From positions 2,852,001-2,916,000 of the forward strand of contig JASTWF010000035.1 of assembly GCA_030390025.1 (NCBI GenBank): DNA of 64,000 nt, given 5' to 3'. The notes below the pieces were generated by a model that saw only the letters and a program-made list of their open reading frames with translations, did no database searches and was not told where the DNA came from. The first letter of the stretch is position 1, and every line of letters starts with the position of its first letter. Position numbers and translations under genes: made by a program. This DNA comes from Squalus acanthias (Eukaryota). This document shows positions 50,552 through 60,196 of this stretch, one piece after another.

Positions 50552-52570
50552 AGACATAACGGCACAGAAGGAGGCCATTCAGCCCATCGAGTCCGTGCCG
50601 GCTCTCCGTAGAGCAATCCAGTCAGTCCCATTCCCCCGCTCTATCCCCGTAGTCTTGCCAGTTTATTTCCCTCAAGTGCCTATCCAATCTCCCCTTGAAA
50701 ACATTGAGTGTCTCCGCTTCCACCACTTCCGTCGGCAGCGAGTTCCAGGTCCTCAACAATGGGTGCGTAAAAAAATTTTTCCTCACATCCCCCCTGTATC
50801 TCTTGCCCAAAAACTTAAATCTGTGTCCCCTAGTCCTTGTACCATCAACTACTTGGAACAGCCTTTCCCCGGTCTAGCCTATCCAAACCCGTCATAATCT
50901 TGTACACCTCTATCAAATCACCCTTCAACCTCCTTTGCTCTAATGAAAACAAATCCAGCTTCTCCAACCTGTCCTTGTAGCTAAGAGCCCCCATCCCTGG
51001 AACCATTCTGGTAAATCTCCTCTGCACCCTCTCAAGGGCCTTCACATCTTTCCTAAAGTGTGGTGACCAGAACTGGATGCAATACTCCAGTTGTGGCCTA
51101 ACCAGCGCTTTATAAAGGTTCAGCATAACTTCTCTACTTTTGTACTCAATGCCTCTATTTATGAAGCCCAAGATCCCATATGCTTTGCTAACCACTCTTT
51201 CAATATGTCCCGCCACCTTCAGGGATCTATGGACATTAACTCCCAGGTCCCTCTGTCCCTGCACACTCTTTAAAACTGTGCCATTAAGTGTATATTACCT
51301 CTCCCTGATCCTTCTGCCAAAATGCATCACCTCACACTTCTCTGTATTAAATTCCATCTGCCACTTGTCTGCCCATTCTGCTAGCCTTTCTATGTCCTGT
51401 TGCAGTCGATTGGTATCATTCTCACTGTTTGCCATACCCCCAAGTTTGGTGTCATCGGCAAATTTAGAAATTCTACTCTGTATTCCAATATCCAGGTCAT
51501 TTATATATATCAAAAAAACCAGTGGTCCCAGCACTGACCCTTGGGGAACACCACTGTCTACCATCCTCCAGTCTGAAAAACAGCCATTTACCACAACTCG
51601 CTGTTTTCTGTCCTTAAGCCAATACTTTATCCAAGCTGCCACTGACCCACCTATTCCATGAGCTTCAATTTTGTTAACCAGCCTTCTATGTAGCACTTTG
51701 TCAAACGCCTTCCTAAAATCCATGTAGACAACATCCATTGCATTCCCTTCATCAATCCTCCCTGTTACTTCATCAAAAAATTCAATTAGATTAGTCAAAC
51801 ATGATCTACCTTTTACAAATCCGTGTTGGCTCTCAATTAGTTTAAACCTCTCCAAGTGCCCGTTAATTTTTTCCTCGATTATTGTTTCTAAAACTTTGCC
51901 CACCACTGATGTTAAACTGACCGGCCTGTAGTTACTAGGATTGTCCTTACACCCTTTCTTGAACAATGTTGTCACATTTGCCACTTTCCAATCCTCAGGC
52001 ACCTCCCCCTCATCTAGGTAAGATTGGAAAATTATGGCAAGCCCTTCCACTATCTTGTCCCCCAATTCCTTTAGCAACCTGGGATGCAAGCCATCTGGAC
52101 CAGGCGACTTGTCCACTCTAAGCATACCCAGCCTTTCTAGTACATCCTGTCTATCAATTTTCACCCCTTCCATTTCTTCTACCTTTTCCACTTCTACCGA
52201 TATTTTGTCAGAAACCACCTCCTTAGTAAACACCGATACAAAGTGCTCATTGAGTATTCTAGCCTTGCCCTGCGCCTCTAAGCATATATCACCTTCTTTG
52301 TCCCTAATTGGCCCAACCCCGCCTCTTACTACCCGCTTACTGTTTACATGCTGGTAGAAGATTTTTGGGTTCCCTTTTATGTTAACTGCCATTCTACTCT
52401 CATATTCTCTCTTTGCCAATCTTATTTTCATCTTCACATCCCTCTCAACTTAATGTATTTGGTCTGGTTCTCCCTTGAAGAATTCACCTGACATTCATCA
52501 TACACCCTCTTTTTTTGTTTCATCATCTTCTCAATCTCCCTCACCATCCAAGGAGCCCTTGCTTTGGTTC
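50552..52570 (-). mobile_element. 5'-truncated CR1 LINE with RT domain
   Basis: ORF 51295-52437 (380 aa; [28 protein letters not shown]), plus ORFs 50845-51264 and 50622-50810. Confidence 0.96.
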
Positions 52571-53390
52571 CCTTACTCTTCCCTCTTGTTGGAGTCCCCC
52601 ATTATCATTACTCAAAGGTTCTTGCATCTTTCTGCAATTTCCCTGCAAATTTGCTCCTCTATCTCCTTCCCACTATTTGGTGGCCTATAATATACACCCA
52701 GCAGCGGAATGGCTCCTCCATTGTTCCTTAATTCTAACCAAATAGCTTTTAACCCTCACGTACATTATCCCTTTTTAGTGCTTTTATCGATTATAGTATC
52801 ACCTGAGTCTGTCTTTAATCGGCCATGCCCTTTCTTTTAATATTGATAAAAACCTTTACCCTTAGTATCCCTTGCAAGTTTTTTTTACATTCACTTTTTG
52901 CAGCTCTTAATGCTTTCTTTGTGTCCCTTTGTTGCTTTTTATAGCTCTCCTAGTCCGCTGGATTTCCACTTTTCTTGACATTTGTGTAAGGCTCTTCTTT
53001 TAACTTTATACTGTGTTACCTCATTTGCTGACCATGGTTGCCTAACTACACAAGTGGAGCTGTTGCCCTTTAGGGTTATGTACTGGTCTTGTATTGTACC
53101 GAATACTTCTTTAAATATTTACCACTGTTTCTCTATAGTTTTATCCGTTTCTAATTCAGCCCGGTTTACTATAGTCAGTTTATGACTCGTTCTTTTGAAG
53201 TCAGCCTTATATTAGTTTAAAACTTTGGTTAGTGACTCTCCCTTCTCACTCTCAAACCTAATGTCAAGTTCAATCATGTTATGGTCACTGTTTGCAAAAT
53301 GTTCATTTACCACCAGATTGTTAACTCACATTTACTACATGCTTCCCTGATCTCTGTATTTATACATCCTGCTGCTACATCATAGAATAG
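52570..53390 (-). mobile_element. Degenerate CR1 ORF2 APE/linker fragments
   Basis: Reverse complement of SDHNMIEL (CAATCATGTTATGGTCACT) and MGDSN/VYYRPP remnants. Confidence 0.6.
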
Positions 53391-53391
53391 G

Positions 53392-54433
53392 TTTTTTTTA
53401 TTCATATATGGGATGTGGGCGTTGCTGGCAAGGCCAGCATTTATTGCCCATCCCTAATTGCCCTTGAGAAGGTGGTGAGTGGCCTTCTTGAACCGCTGCA
53501 GTCCGTGTGGTGAAGGTACTCCCACAGTGCTGTTAGGGAGGGAGTTCCAGGATTTTGACCCAGCGACGATGAAGGATCGGCGATATACTTCTAAGTCAGG
53601 ATGGTGTGTGACTTGGAGGGGAACTTGGAGGTGGTGGTGTTCCCATGCGCCTGCTGCCCTTGTCCTTCTAGGTGGAAGAGGTCGCGGGTTTGGGAGGTGC
53701 TGCCGAAGAAACCTTGGCAAGTTGCTGCAGTGCATCTTGTAGATGGTACACACTGCAGCCACGGTACGCCGGTGGTGGAGGGAGTGAATCTTTAAGGTGT
53801 TGGATGGGGTGCCAATCAAGCGGGCTGCTTTGTCCTGGATGGCGTCGAGCTTCTTGAGTGTTGTTGGATCTGCACTCATCCAGGCAATTGGAGAGAATTC
53901 CATCACACTCTTTACTTGTGCCTTGTAGATGGTGGAAAGCTTTTGGGGAGTCAGGAGGTGAGACACTTGCCGCAGAATACCTAGCCTCTGACCTGCTCTT
54001 GTTGCCACAGTATTTATGTGGCTGGTCCAGTTAAGTTTCTGGTCAATGGTGACCCCCCAGGATGTTGATGGTGGGGGATTCGGCGATGGTAATGCCGTTG
54101 AATGTCAAGGGGAGGTGGTTAGACTCTCGCTTGTTGGAGATGATCATTGCTTGGCACTTGTGTGGTGCAAATGTTGCCTGCCACTTATCAGCCCAAGCCT
54201 GAACGTCGTCCAGGTCTTGTTGCATGTGGGCATGGACTGCTTCATTATCTGAGGAGTTGTGAATGGCGCTAAACACTGTGCAGTCATCAGCGAACATCCC
54301 CATTTCTGACCTTATGTTGGAGGGAAGGTCATTGATGAAGCAGCTGAAGATGGTTGGGCCAAGGACACTGCCCTGAGGAACTCCTGCAACGATGTCCTGG
54401 GGCTGTGATGATTGACCTTCAACCACCACAACC
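53392..54433 (-). mobile_element. 5'-truncated non-LTR retrotransposon of a second family (CR1/L2 group, possibly Crack-like)
   Basis: ORF 54043-54447 ([17 protein letters not shown]) and ORF 53454-54008 (IYKAQVKSVMEFSPIAW) are distinct from the other CR1s. Different A-rich tail. Confidence 0.9.
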
Positions 54434-55332
54434 ATGGAAGACAGCATGGAAGAAGGCCATTCGGCCCATCGAGCCTGTGCTGGCTCTCTGCAAGAGTAAC
54501 TCAGCTAGTCCCACTCCCCCGCCCTTTCCCCGTAGCCCTGCAAATTTATTCTTTCAGGTACTTATCCAATTCCCTTTTGAAAGCCGTGATTGAGTCTGCC
54601 TCCACCACCCTTTCAGGTAGTGCATTCCAGATCCTCACCACTCGCTGCGTAAAAATTTTTTTTCTTATGTCGCCTTTGGTTCTTTTGCCAATCACCTTAA
54701 ATCTGTGTCCTCTGGTTCTCAACCCTTCTGCCAATGGGAACAGTTTCCCTCTATCTACTCTGTCCAGATATCTTATAATTTTGAACACCTCTATAAAATC
54801 TCCTCTCAATCTTCTCTGCTCTAAGGAGAACAACCCCAGCTTCTCCAGTCTATCCACGTAACTGAAGTCCCTCATCTCTGGAATCATTCTCGTAAATTTT
54901 TTCTACACCCTCTTTAAGGCCTTCACATCCTTCCTAAAGTACGATGCCCAGAATTGGACACAATACTCCAGTTGAGGCCGAACCAGTGTTTTATACAGGT
55001 TCATCATAACTTCTACGCTTTTGTACTCTCTGCCTCTATTTATGAATCCCAGGATCCCGTAAGCTTTTTTAACTGCTTTCTCAACCTGCCCTGCCACCTT
55101 CAACGATTTATGCACATATACCCCCAGGTCTCTCTGTTCATGCACCCTCTTTAGAATTGTACCCTATAGTTTATATTTCCTCTCCTCATTCTACCAAAAT
55201 GTATCACTTCGCACTTTTCTGCGATAAATTTCATCTGCCACGAGTCCGCCCATTTCTCCAGCCTGTCTATGTCCTCTTGAAGTCTATCACTATCCTCCTC
55301 ACTGTTCACTATATTCCAAGTTTTGTGTCACT
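54434..55332 (-). mobile_element. CR1 LINE 3' fragment (same family as 39766 and 63095)
   Basis: ORFs 54903-55145 and 54546-54887. Confidence 0.93.
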
Positions 55333-55351
55333 GCTGTCCGAGCTACCAAGT

Positions 55352-55828
55352 GCCAGCTGTGGCTCAGTTGGTAGCACTCTCGCCTCTGAGTTAGAAGGTT
55401 GTGGGTTCAAGTCCCACTCCATGAGACTTGAGCACATAAATCTAGGCTGACACTCCAGTGCAGTGCAGTGCTGAGGGAGTGCTGCTCTGTCGGAGGTGCC
55501 GTCTTTCAGAGGAGATGTTAAACCGAGATCCCGTCTGCTCTCTCAGGTGGACGTAAAAGATCCCATGGCACTATTTCGAAGAAGAGCAGGGGAGTTATCC
55601 CTGGAGCCCTGGCCAATATTTATCCCCCAATCAACATAACAAACACAAATTATCTGGTCATTATCACATTGTTGTTTGTGGGAGCTTGCTGTGTGCAAAT
55701 TGGCTGCTGCGTTTCCTACATTACAACATAACTGCACTTCAAAAGTACTTAATTGGCTGTAAAGCGCTTTGGGACATCCGGTGGTCGTGAAAGGCGCTAT
55801 AGAAATGCAAGTCTTTCTTTTCTTTTCT
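55352..55828 (+). mobile_element. Full-length SacSINE1/DeuSINE-like tRNA-derived SINE
   Basis: A box TGGCTCAGTTGG (55360) and B box GGTTCAAGTCC (55404). Central CAGGTGGACGTAAAAGATCCCATGGCACTATTTCGAAGAAGAGCAGGGGAG recognised as the Deu domain shared with AmnSINE1. Tail GAAAGGCGCTATAGAAATGCAAG(TCTT)n. Confidence 0.9.
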
Positions 55829-56113
55829 GTCAGGAGGCCTGTAGACAACTCCAACCAGAGTCTTCCATCCTTTCCTGTTTCTTAATTCTACCCAACGTGT
55901 TTCCACTGCCTGCTCATCCTTACTGAAACCCCTTCTGTCCCTTCTTTCCACTGCTGAAATTGTGATTTTATCAATATTGCTACTCCCCCTCCTTTCCCAA
56001 TTTCCCTGTCCTGTCGAAAGACATAGAAACATAGAAGATAGGAGCAGGAGTAGGCCATTCGGCCCCTCGAGCTTGCTCCGCCATTCGATGAGATCATGGC
56101 TGATCATCTAAAC

Positions 56114-58918
56114 TCAGTACCCTGTACCTGCCTTCTCCCCATATCCCTTGATACCTTTAGCCTTAAGAAATATATCTAACTCCTTCTTGAATATATTTAA
56201 TGACTTGGCCTCAACTACCTTCTGTGGTAGAGAATTCCACAGGTTCACCACTCTCTGGGTGAAGAAATTCTTCCTCATTTCTGTCCTAAATGGTTTACCC
56301 GTTATCCGTAGATTATGACCCCTGGTTCTGGACTCTCCGACCATCGGGAACATTCTTCCTGCATCTAGTTTGTCCAGACCTGTCAGAATTTTATATGTTT
56401 CGATGAGATCCCCTCTCATTCTTCTATACTCCAGTGAGTATAAGCCCAATCGACCCAATCTCTCCTCATATGTCATTCCTGCCATCCCAGGTATCAGCCT
56501 TGTGAATCTTCGCTGAACTCCTTCCATGGCAAGAACATCCTTCCTCAGATAAGGCGACCAAAACTGCACACAGTACTCAAGGTGTGGTCTCACCAAGGCC
56601 CTGTACAACTGCAGCAGGACATCCCTGTTCCTATACTCAAACCCTTTCGCTATGAAGGCCAACATACCATTTGCCTTCTTCACCGCCTGCTGCACCTGCA
56701 TGCTTACTTTCAGCGACTGGTGCACAAGGACACCCAGGTCTCGTTGCACTTCCCCTTCTCCCAATCTATTGCCATTCAGATAATAGTCTGCCTTTCTGTT
56801 TTTGACACCAAAGTGGATAACCTCGCACTTATCCACGTTATATTGCATCTGCCACGCTTCTGCCCACTCACCCAACCTGTCCAGATCATCCTGGAGTTTC
56901 TCGCTATCCTCCTCGCTGCACACACTCCCACCCAGCTTTGTGTCATCTGCAAACTTGGAGATATTACATTTAATTCCCTTATCTAGATCATTAATGTATA
57001 TTGTGAATAGCTGGGGTCCAAGGACCGATCCCTGCGGTACCCCACTAGTCACTGCTTGCCACTCGGAAAAAGACCCATTAATTCCTACTCTCTGCTTTCT
57101 GTCCACCAACCAGTTCTCTATCCAAGTCAATACCTTGCCCCCAATCCCATGTGCCTTAACTTTACCCGCTAATCTCTTATGCGGGACCTTATCGAAAGCC
57201 TTTTGGAAGTCCAAATACACCACATCTACTGGTTCTCCCTTATCTATTTTCCCAGTTACATCCTCAAAAAATTCCAGTAGATTAGTCAAGCACGATTTAC
57301 CTTTTGTAAATCCATGTTGACTTTGTCCGATCCTGTCACTGTTTTTCAAATGCTCAGCTATTACATCCTTTATAATGGACTCTAGCATTTTCCCCACTAC
57401 CGATGTCAGGCTTACCGGTCTGTAATTCCCCGCTTTCTCTCTACCACCCTTTTTGAATAGTGGGGTAACATTAGCTACCCTCCAATCCATGGGTACAGTT
57501 CCAGATTCCATCGAATGTTGGAAGATGATCAGCAATGCATCTACTATTTCTAGGGCCATTTCCTTAAGTACCCTAGGATGTAGATTATCAGGCCCTGGGG
57601 ATTTATCGGCCTTCAATACCGTCAATTTCCCTAACACCATTTCCCTGCAAATACTGATTTCTTTCAGTTCCTCCCTTTCATCAGACCGTATGTTCTCCAA
57701 CATCTCTGGGAGGTTATTTGTGTCCTCCTTTGTGAAGACAGAACCAAAGTATGCATTTAATTGGGCTGCCATTTCTTTGTTCCCCATTATAACTTCCCCC
57801 GCTTCTGACTGCAAGGGACCTACACTTGATTTCAGTAATCTTTTTCTCTTCACATATCTATAAAAGCTCTTACAGTCAGTTTTTATGTTCCCAGCAAGCT
57901 TACTTTCATATTGTATTTTCCCCTTCTTAATTAATCCCTTTGTCCTCCTTTGTTGAATCCTAAACTGCTCCCAATCCTCAGGGCTACCGCTTTTTCTGGC
58001 CAATTTATATGCCCTCTCCTTGGATCTTATGCTATCCCTAATTTCCCTTGTTAGCCACGGTTGAGTCACTCTTTTTGTTTTATTCTTATGCCACACTGGG
58101 ATGTACAAATTCTGTAGTTCATCCATGCAGTCTTTGAATGTTTGCCATTGCCATTGCCTATCCACCGTCAACCCCTTGAGTGACATTCCCCAATCAATCC
58201 TACCCAATTCGCGCCTCATACCATCGTAGTTTCCTTTATTTAAATTCAGGACCCTAGTCTCTGATTCAACTACTTCACTCTCCATCCTAATGAAGAATTC
58301 TATCATATTATGATCACTCTGACCCAAGGGGCCTCGTACAACAAGATTGCTAATTAATCCTTTCTCGTTGCATAATACCCAGTCTAAGATGGCCTGATCT
58401 CTGGTTGGTTCCTCGACATATTGTTCCAGAAAACCATCTCGTAAACATTCTAGGAATTCCTCCTCCACAGTATTTTTACTAATTTGGTTAGCCCAATCTA
58501 TATGTAAATTAAAGTCACCCATGATGACTGCTGTGCCCTTACTGCATGCTTCTCTAATTTCCCTTTTAATGCCGTCCCCAACCTCCGTATTACTGTTTGG
58601 AGGTCTATATACCACTCCCACTAACGTTTTCTGCCCCTTGTTATTTCTCAGTTCTACCCATACAGATTCCGCATCATCAGAGCTAATATCCTTCCTTTCA
58701 ATTGTGTTAATCCCCTCTTTAACCAGCAATGCTACCCCACCTCCCTTTCTTTTTTGCCTATCTTTCCTAAATATTGAATAACCCTGGATGTTGAGTTCCC
58801 AGCCTTGGCCACCCTGGAGCCATGTTTCTGTAATTCCAATCAAATCGTATTCATTTACCTCTATTTGCGCAGCTAATTCATCCACCTTGTTCCGAATGCT
58901 CCTTGCATTAAGACACAA
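56114..58918 (-). CDS. CR1 ORF2: apurinic-like endonuclease + reverse transcriptase, 934 codons uninterrupted
   Basis: APE motifs NARS, ITETWL, GDFN, SDH. RT motifs [30 protein letters not shown]. The ORF-track start is TTG, not ATG. Confidence 0.96.
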   Translation of the reverse strand: MCLNARSIRNKVDELAAQIEVNEYDLIGITETWLQGGQGWELNIQGYSIFRKDRQKRKGGGVALLVKEGINTIERKDISSDDAESVWVELRNNKGQKTLVGVVYRPPNSNTEVGDGIKREIREACSKGTAVIMGDFNLHIDWANQISKNTVEEEFLECLRDGFLEQYVEEPTRDQAILDWVLCNEKGLISNLVVRGPLGQSDHNMIEFFIRMESEVVESETRVLNLNKGNYDGMRRELGRIDWGMSLKGLTVDRQWQWQTFKDCMDELQNLYIPVWHKNKTKRVTQPWLTREIRDSIRSKERAYKLARKSGSPEDWEQFRIQQRRTKGLIKKGKIQYESKLAGNIKTDCKSFYRYVKRKRLLKSSVGPLQSEAGEVIMGNKEMAAQLNAYFGSVFTKEDTNNLPEMLENIRSDEREELKEISICREMVLGKLTVLKADKSPGPDNLHPRVLKEMALEIVDALLIIFQHSMESGTVPMDWRVANVTPLFKKGGREKAGNYRPVSLTSVVGKMLESIIKDVIAEHLKNSDRIGQSQHGFTKGKSCLTNLLEFFEDVTGKIDKGEPVDVVYLDFQKAFDKVPHKRLAGKVKAHGIGGKVLTWIENWLVDRKQRVGINGSFSEWQAVTSGVPQGSVLGPQLFTIYINDLDKGIKCNISKFADDTKLGGSVCSEEDSEKLQDDLDRLGEWAEAWQMQYNVDKCEVIHFGVKNRKADYYLNGNRLGEGEVQRDLGVLVHQSLKVSMQVQQAVKKANGMLAFIAKGFEYRNRDVLLQLYRALVRPHLEYCVQFWSPYLRKDVLAMEGVQRRFTRLIPGMAGMTYEERLGRLGLYSLEYRRMRGDLIETYKILTGLDKLDAGRMFPMVGESRTRGHNLRITGKPFRTEMRKNFFTQRVVNLWNSLPQKVVEAKSLNIFKKELDIFLKAKGIKGYGEKAGTGY

Positions 58919-59080
58919 AGCTCTCAGACCTATATGAATTATTATTTACTGTGACCATGTTTGATTTAAACCGTTGAGTTCTTTGCCTTCTACTTTTGTT
59001 TTTCTCCTTCCTGTCTTTAGCTTTTATCCTAATTTCCCTTTCCTCTGTCTCCCTGCTCAGGTTCCCAACCCCCTGCCATT

Positions 59081-59600
59081 TTAGTTTAAACCCTCCCCCA
59101 GAGCACTAGCAAACACTCCCCCAAGGACATCGGTCCCGGTCCTGCCCAGGTGCAAACCGTCTGATTTGTACTGGTCCCACCTCCCCCAGAACCGGTTCCA
59201 ATGTCCCAGGAATTTGAATCCCTCCCCCTTGCACCATTCCTCTAGCCACGTATCCATTTGAAATATCCTCCTATTTCTACTCTGACGAGCACGTGGCACT
59301 GGTAGCAATCCTGAGATTACTACCTTTGAGGTCCTCTTTTTTAATTTACCTCCTAACTCCCTATATTCTGCTTTTAGGACCTCATCCCGTTTTTTACCTA
59401 TATCGTTGATGCCTATGTGCACCACGACAACTGGCTGTTCGCCCTCCCCCTCCAAAGTGTTCTGTAGCCGCTCCGAGACGTCCTTGACCCTTGCACCAGG
59501 GAGGCAACGCACCATCCTGGAGTCTTAATTGCGGCCGCCTATCTATTCCCCTTACAATTGAATCCCCTATCACTATAGCTCTTCCACACTTTTTCCTCCC
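59081..59600 (-). pseudogene. CR1 ORF1 SGNH/GDSL esterase domain, frameshifted and 5' truncated
   Basis: Blocks VIGDSIVRG (ORF 59394-59624 frame), CLPGA, HIGINDI and DGLHL (ORF 59081-59515). Frame break near 59520-59540. Confidence 0.9.
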
Positions 59601-59629
59601 AGCCTGTGCAGCAGAGCCACCCATGGTGC

Positions 59630-59795
59630 CAGGACCTTATAGCCTGGAATATTTAGCTTCCAGTCATGCCCTGTTTGTAGCCAGGTCTTTCTTTTCGCTG
59701 CTACATCATACTCTTTAAGCTGAATTTGTGCTTCTAATTTGCTTGATTTATACCTTATGCTGCGTGCATTCATGTAAAGAATTCCTATCTGGGTA
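59630..59795 (-). mobile_element. Older CR1 APE N-terminal fragment, continuing at ~55829-56020
   Basis: ILYMNARSIR...LNIPGYKV here joins FRQDREIGKGGGVAILIK on the other side of the young CR1. Confidence 0.82.
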
Positions 59796-59810
59796 ACTGC
59801 CCCCACCCTG

Positions 59811-60049
59811 CCCCTCCAAGTCACACACCATCCTGACTTGGAAGTATACCGCCGTTCCTTCATAGTCGCTGGGTTAAAATCCTGGAACTCCCCCCTCCCC
59901 CCAACAGCACTATGGGAGTACCTTCACCACACGGACTGCAGCCATTCAAGAAGGCGGCTCACCACCACCTTCTCGAGGGCAATTAGGGATGGGCAATAAA
60001 TGCTGGCTTTGCCAGTGACGCCCACATCCTATGCATGAATTTTAAAAAA
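59811..60049 (+). mobile_element. 3'-terminal fragment of the second LINE family
   Basis: Reverse complement of ~53392-53625. Confidence 0.9.
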
Positions 60050-60084
60050 GTGTCCTGATGGTGTTTTCTCACACTTTTATGACT

Positions 60085-60196
60085 TAGAATCATAAAATGG
60101 TTACAGCATGGAAGAAGGCCATTCGGCCCGTCGAGCCCGTGCCGGCTCTCTGCAAGAGCACTTCAGCTCGCCCCACTTCCCCACCCTTTCCCCTGT
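60085..60196 (-). mobile_element. Very short CR1 3' tail (family of 39766/54434)
   Basis: AGAATCATAAAATGGTTACAGCATGGAAGAAGGCCATTCGGCCCGTCGAGCC closely matches 39766-39880. Confidence 0.8.

Larger units (their letters stand above)
56021..59630 (-). mobile_element. Young, nearly full-length CR1 LINE (3' part of ORF1, complete ORF2, 3' UTR with (TTCTATGT)n tail)
   Basis: Colinear esterase ORF1, APE-RT ORF2 and tail. Flanked on both sides by the two halves of an older CR1 APE domain. Confidence 0.97.

Noticed and set aside
55352..55425. tRNA gene
   Set aside because: The A and B boxes belong to a SINE head that continues into a SINE body and tail. The same applies at 45559.
56582..58781. Long + strand ORFs opposite CR1 ORF2 (also 41000-41521 and 51140-51661)
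   Set aside because: Antisense shadows of the RT/APE reading frame, with no independent evidence of coding.
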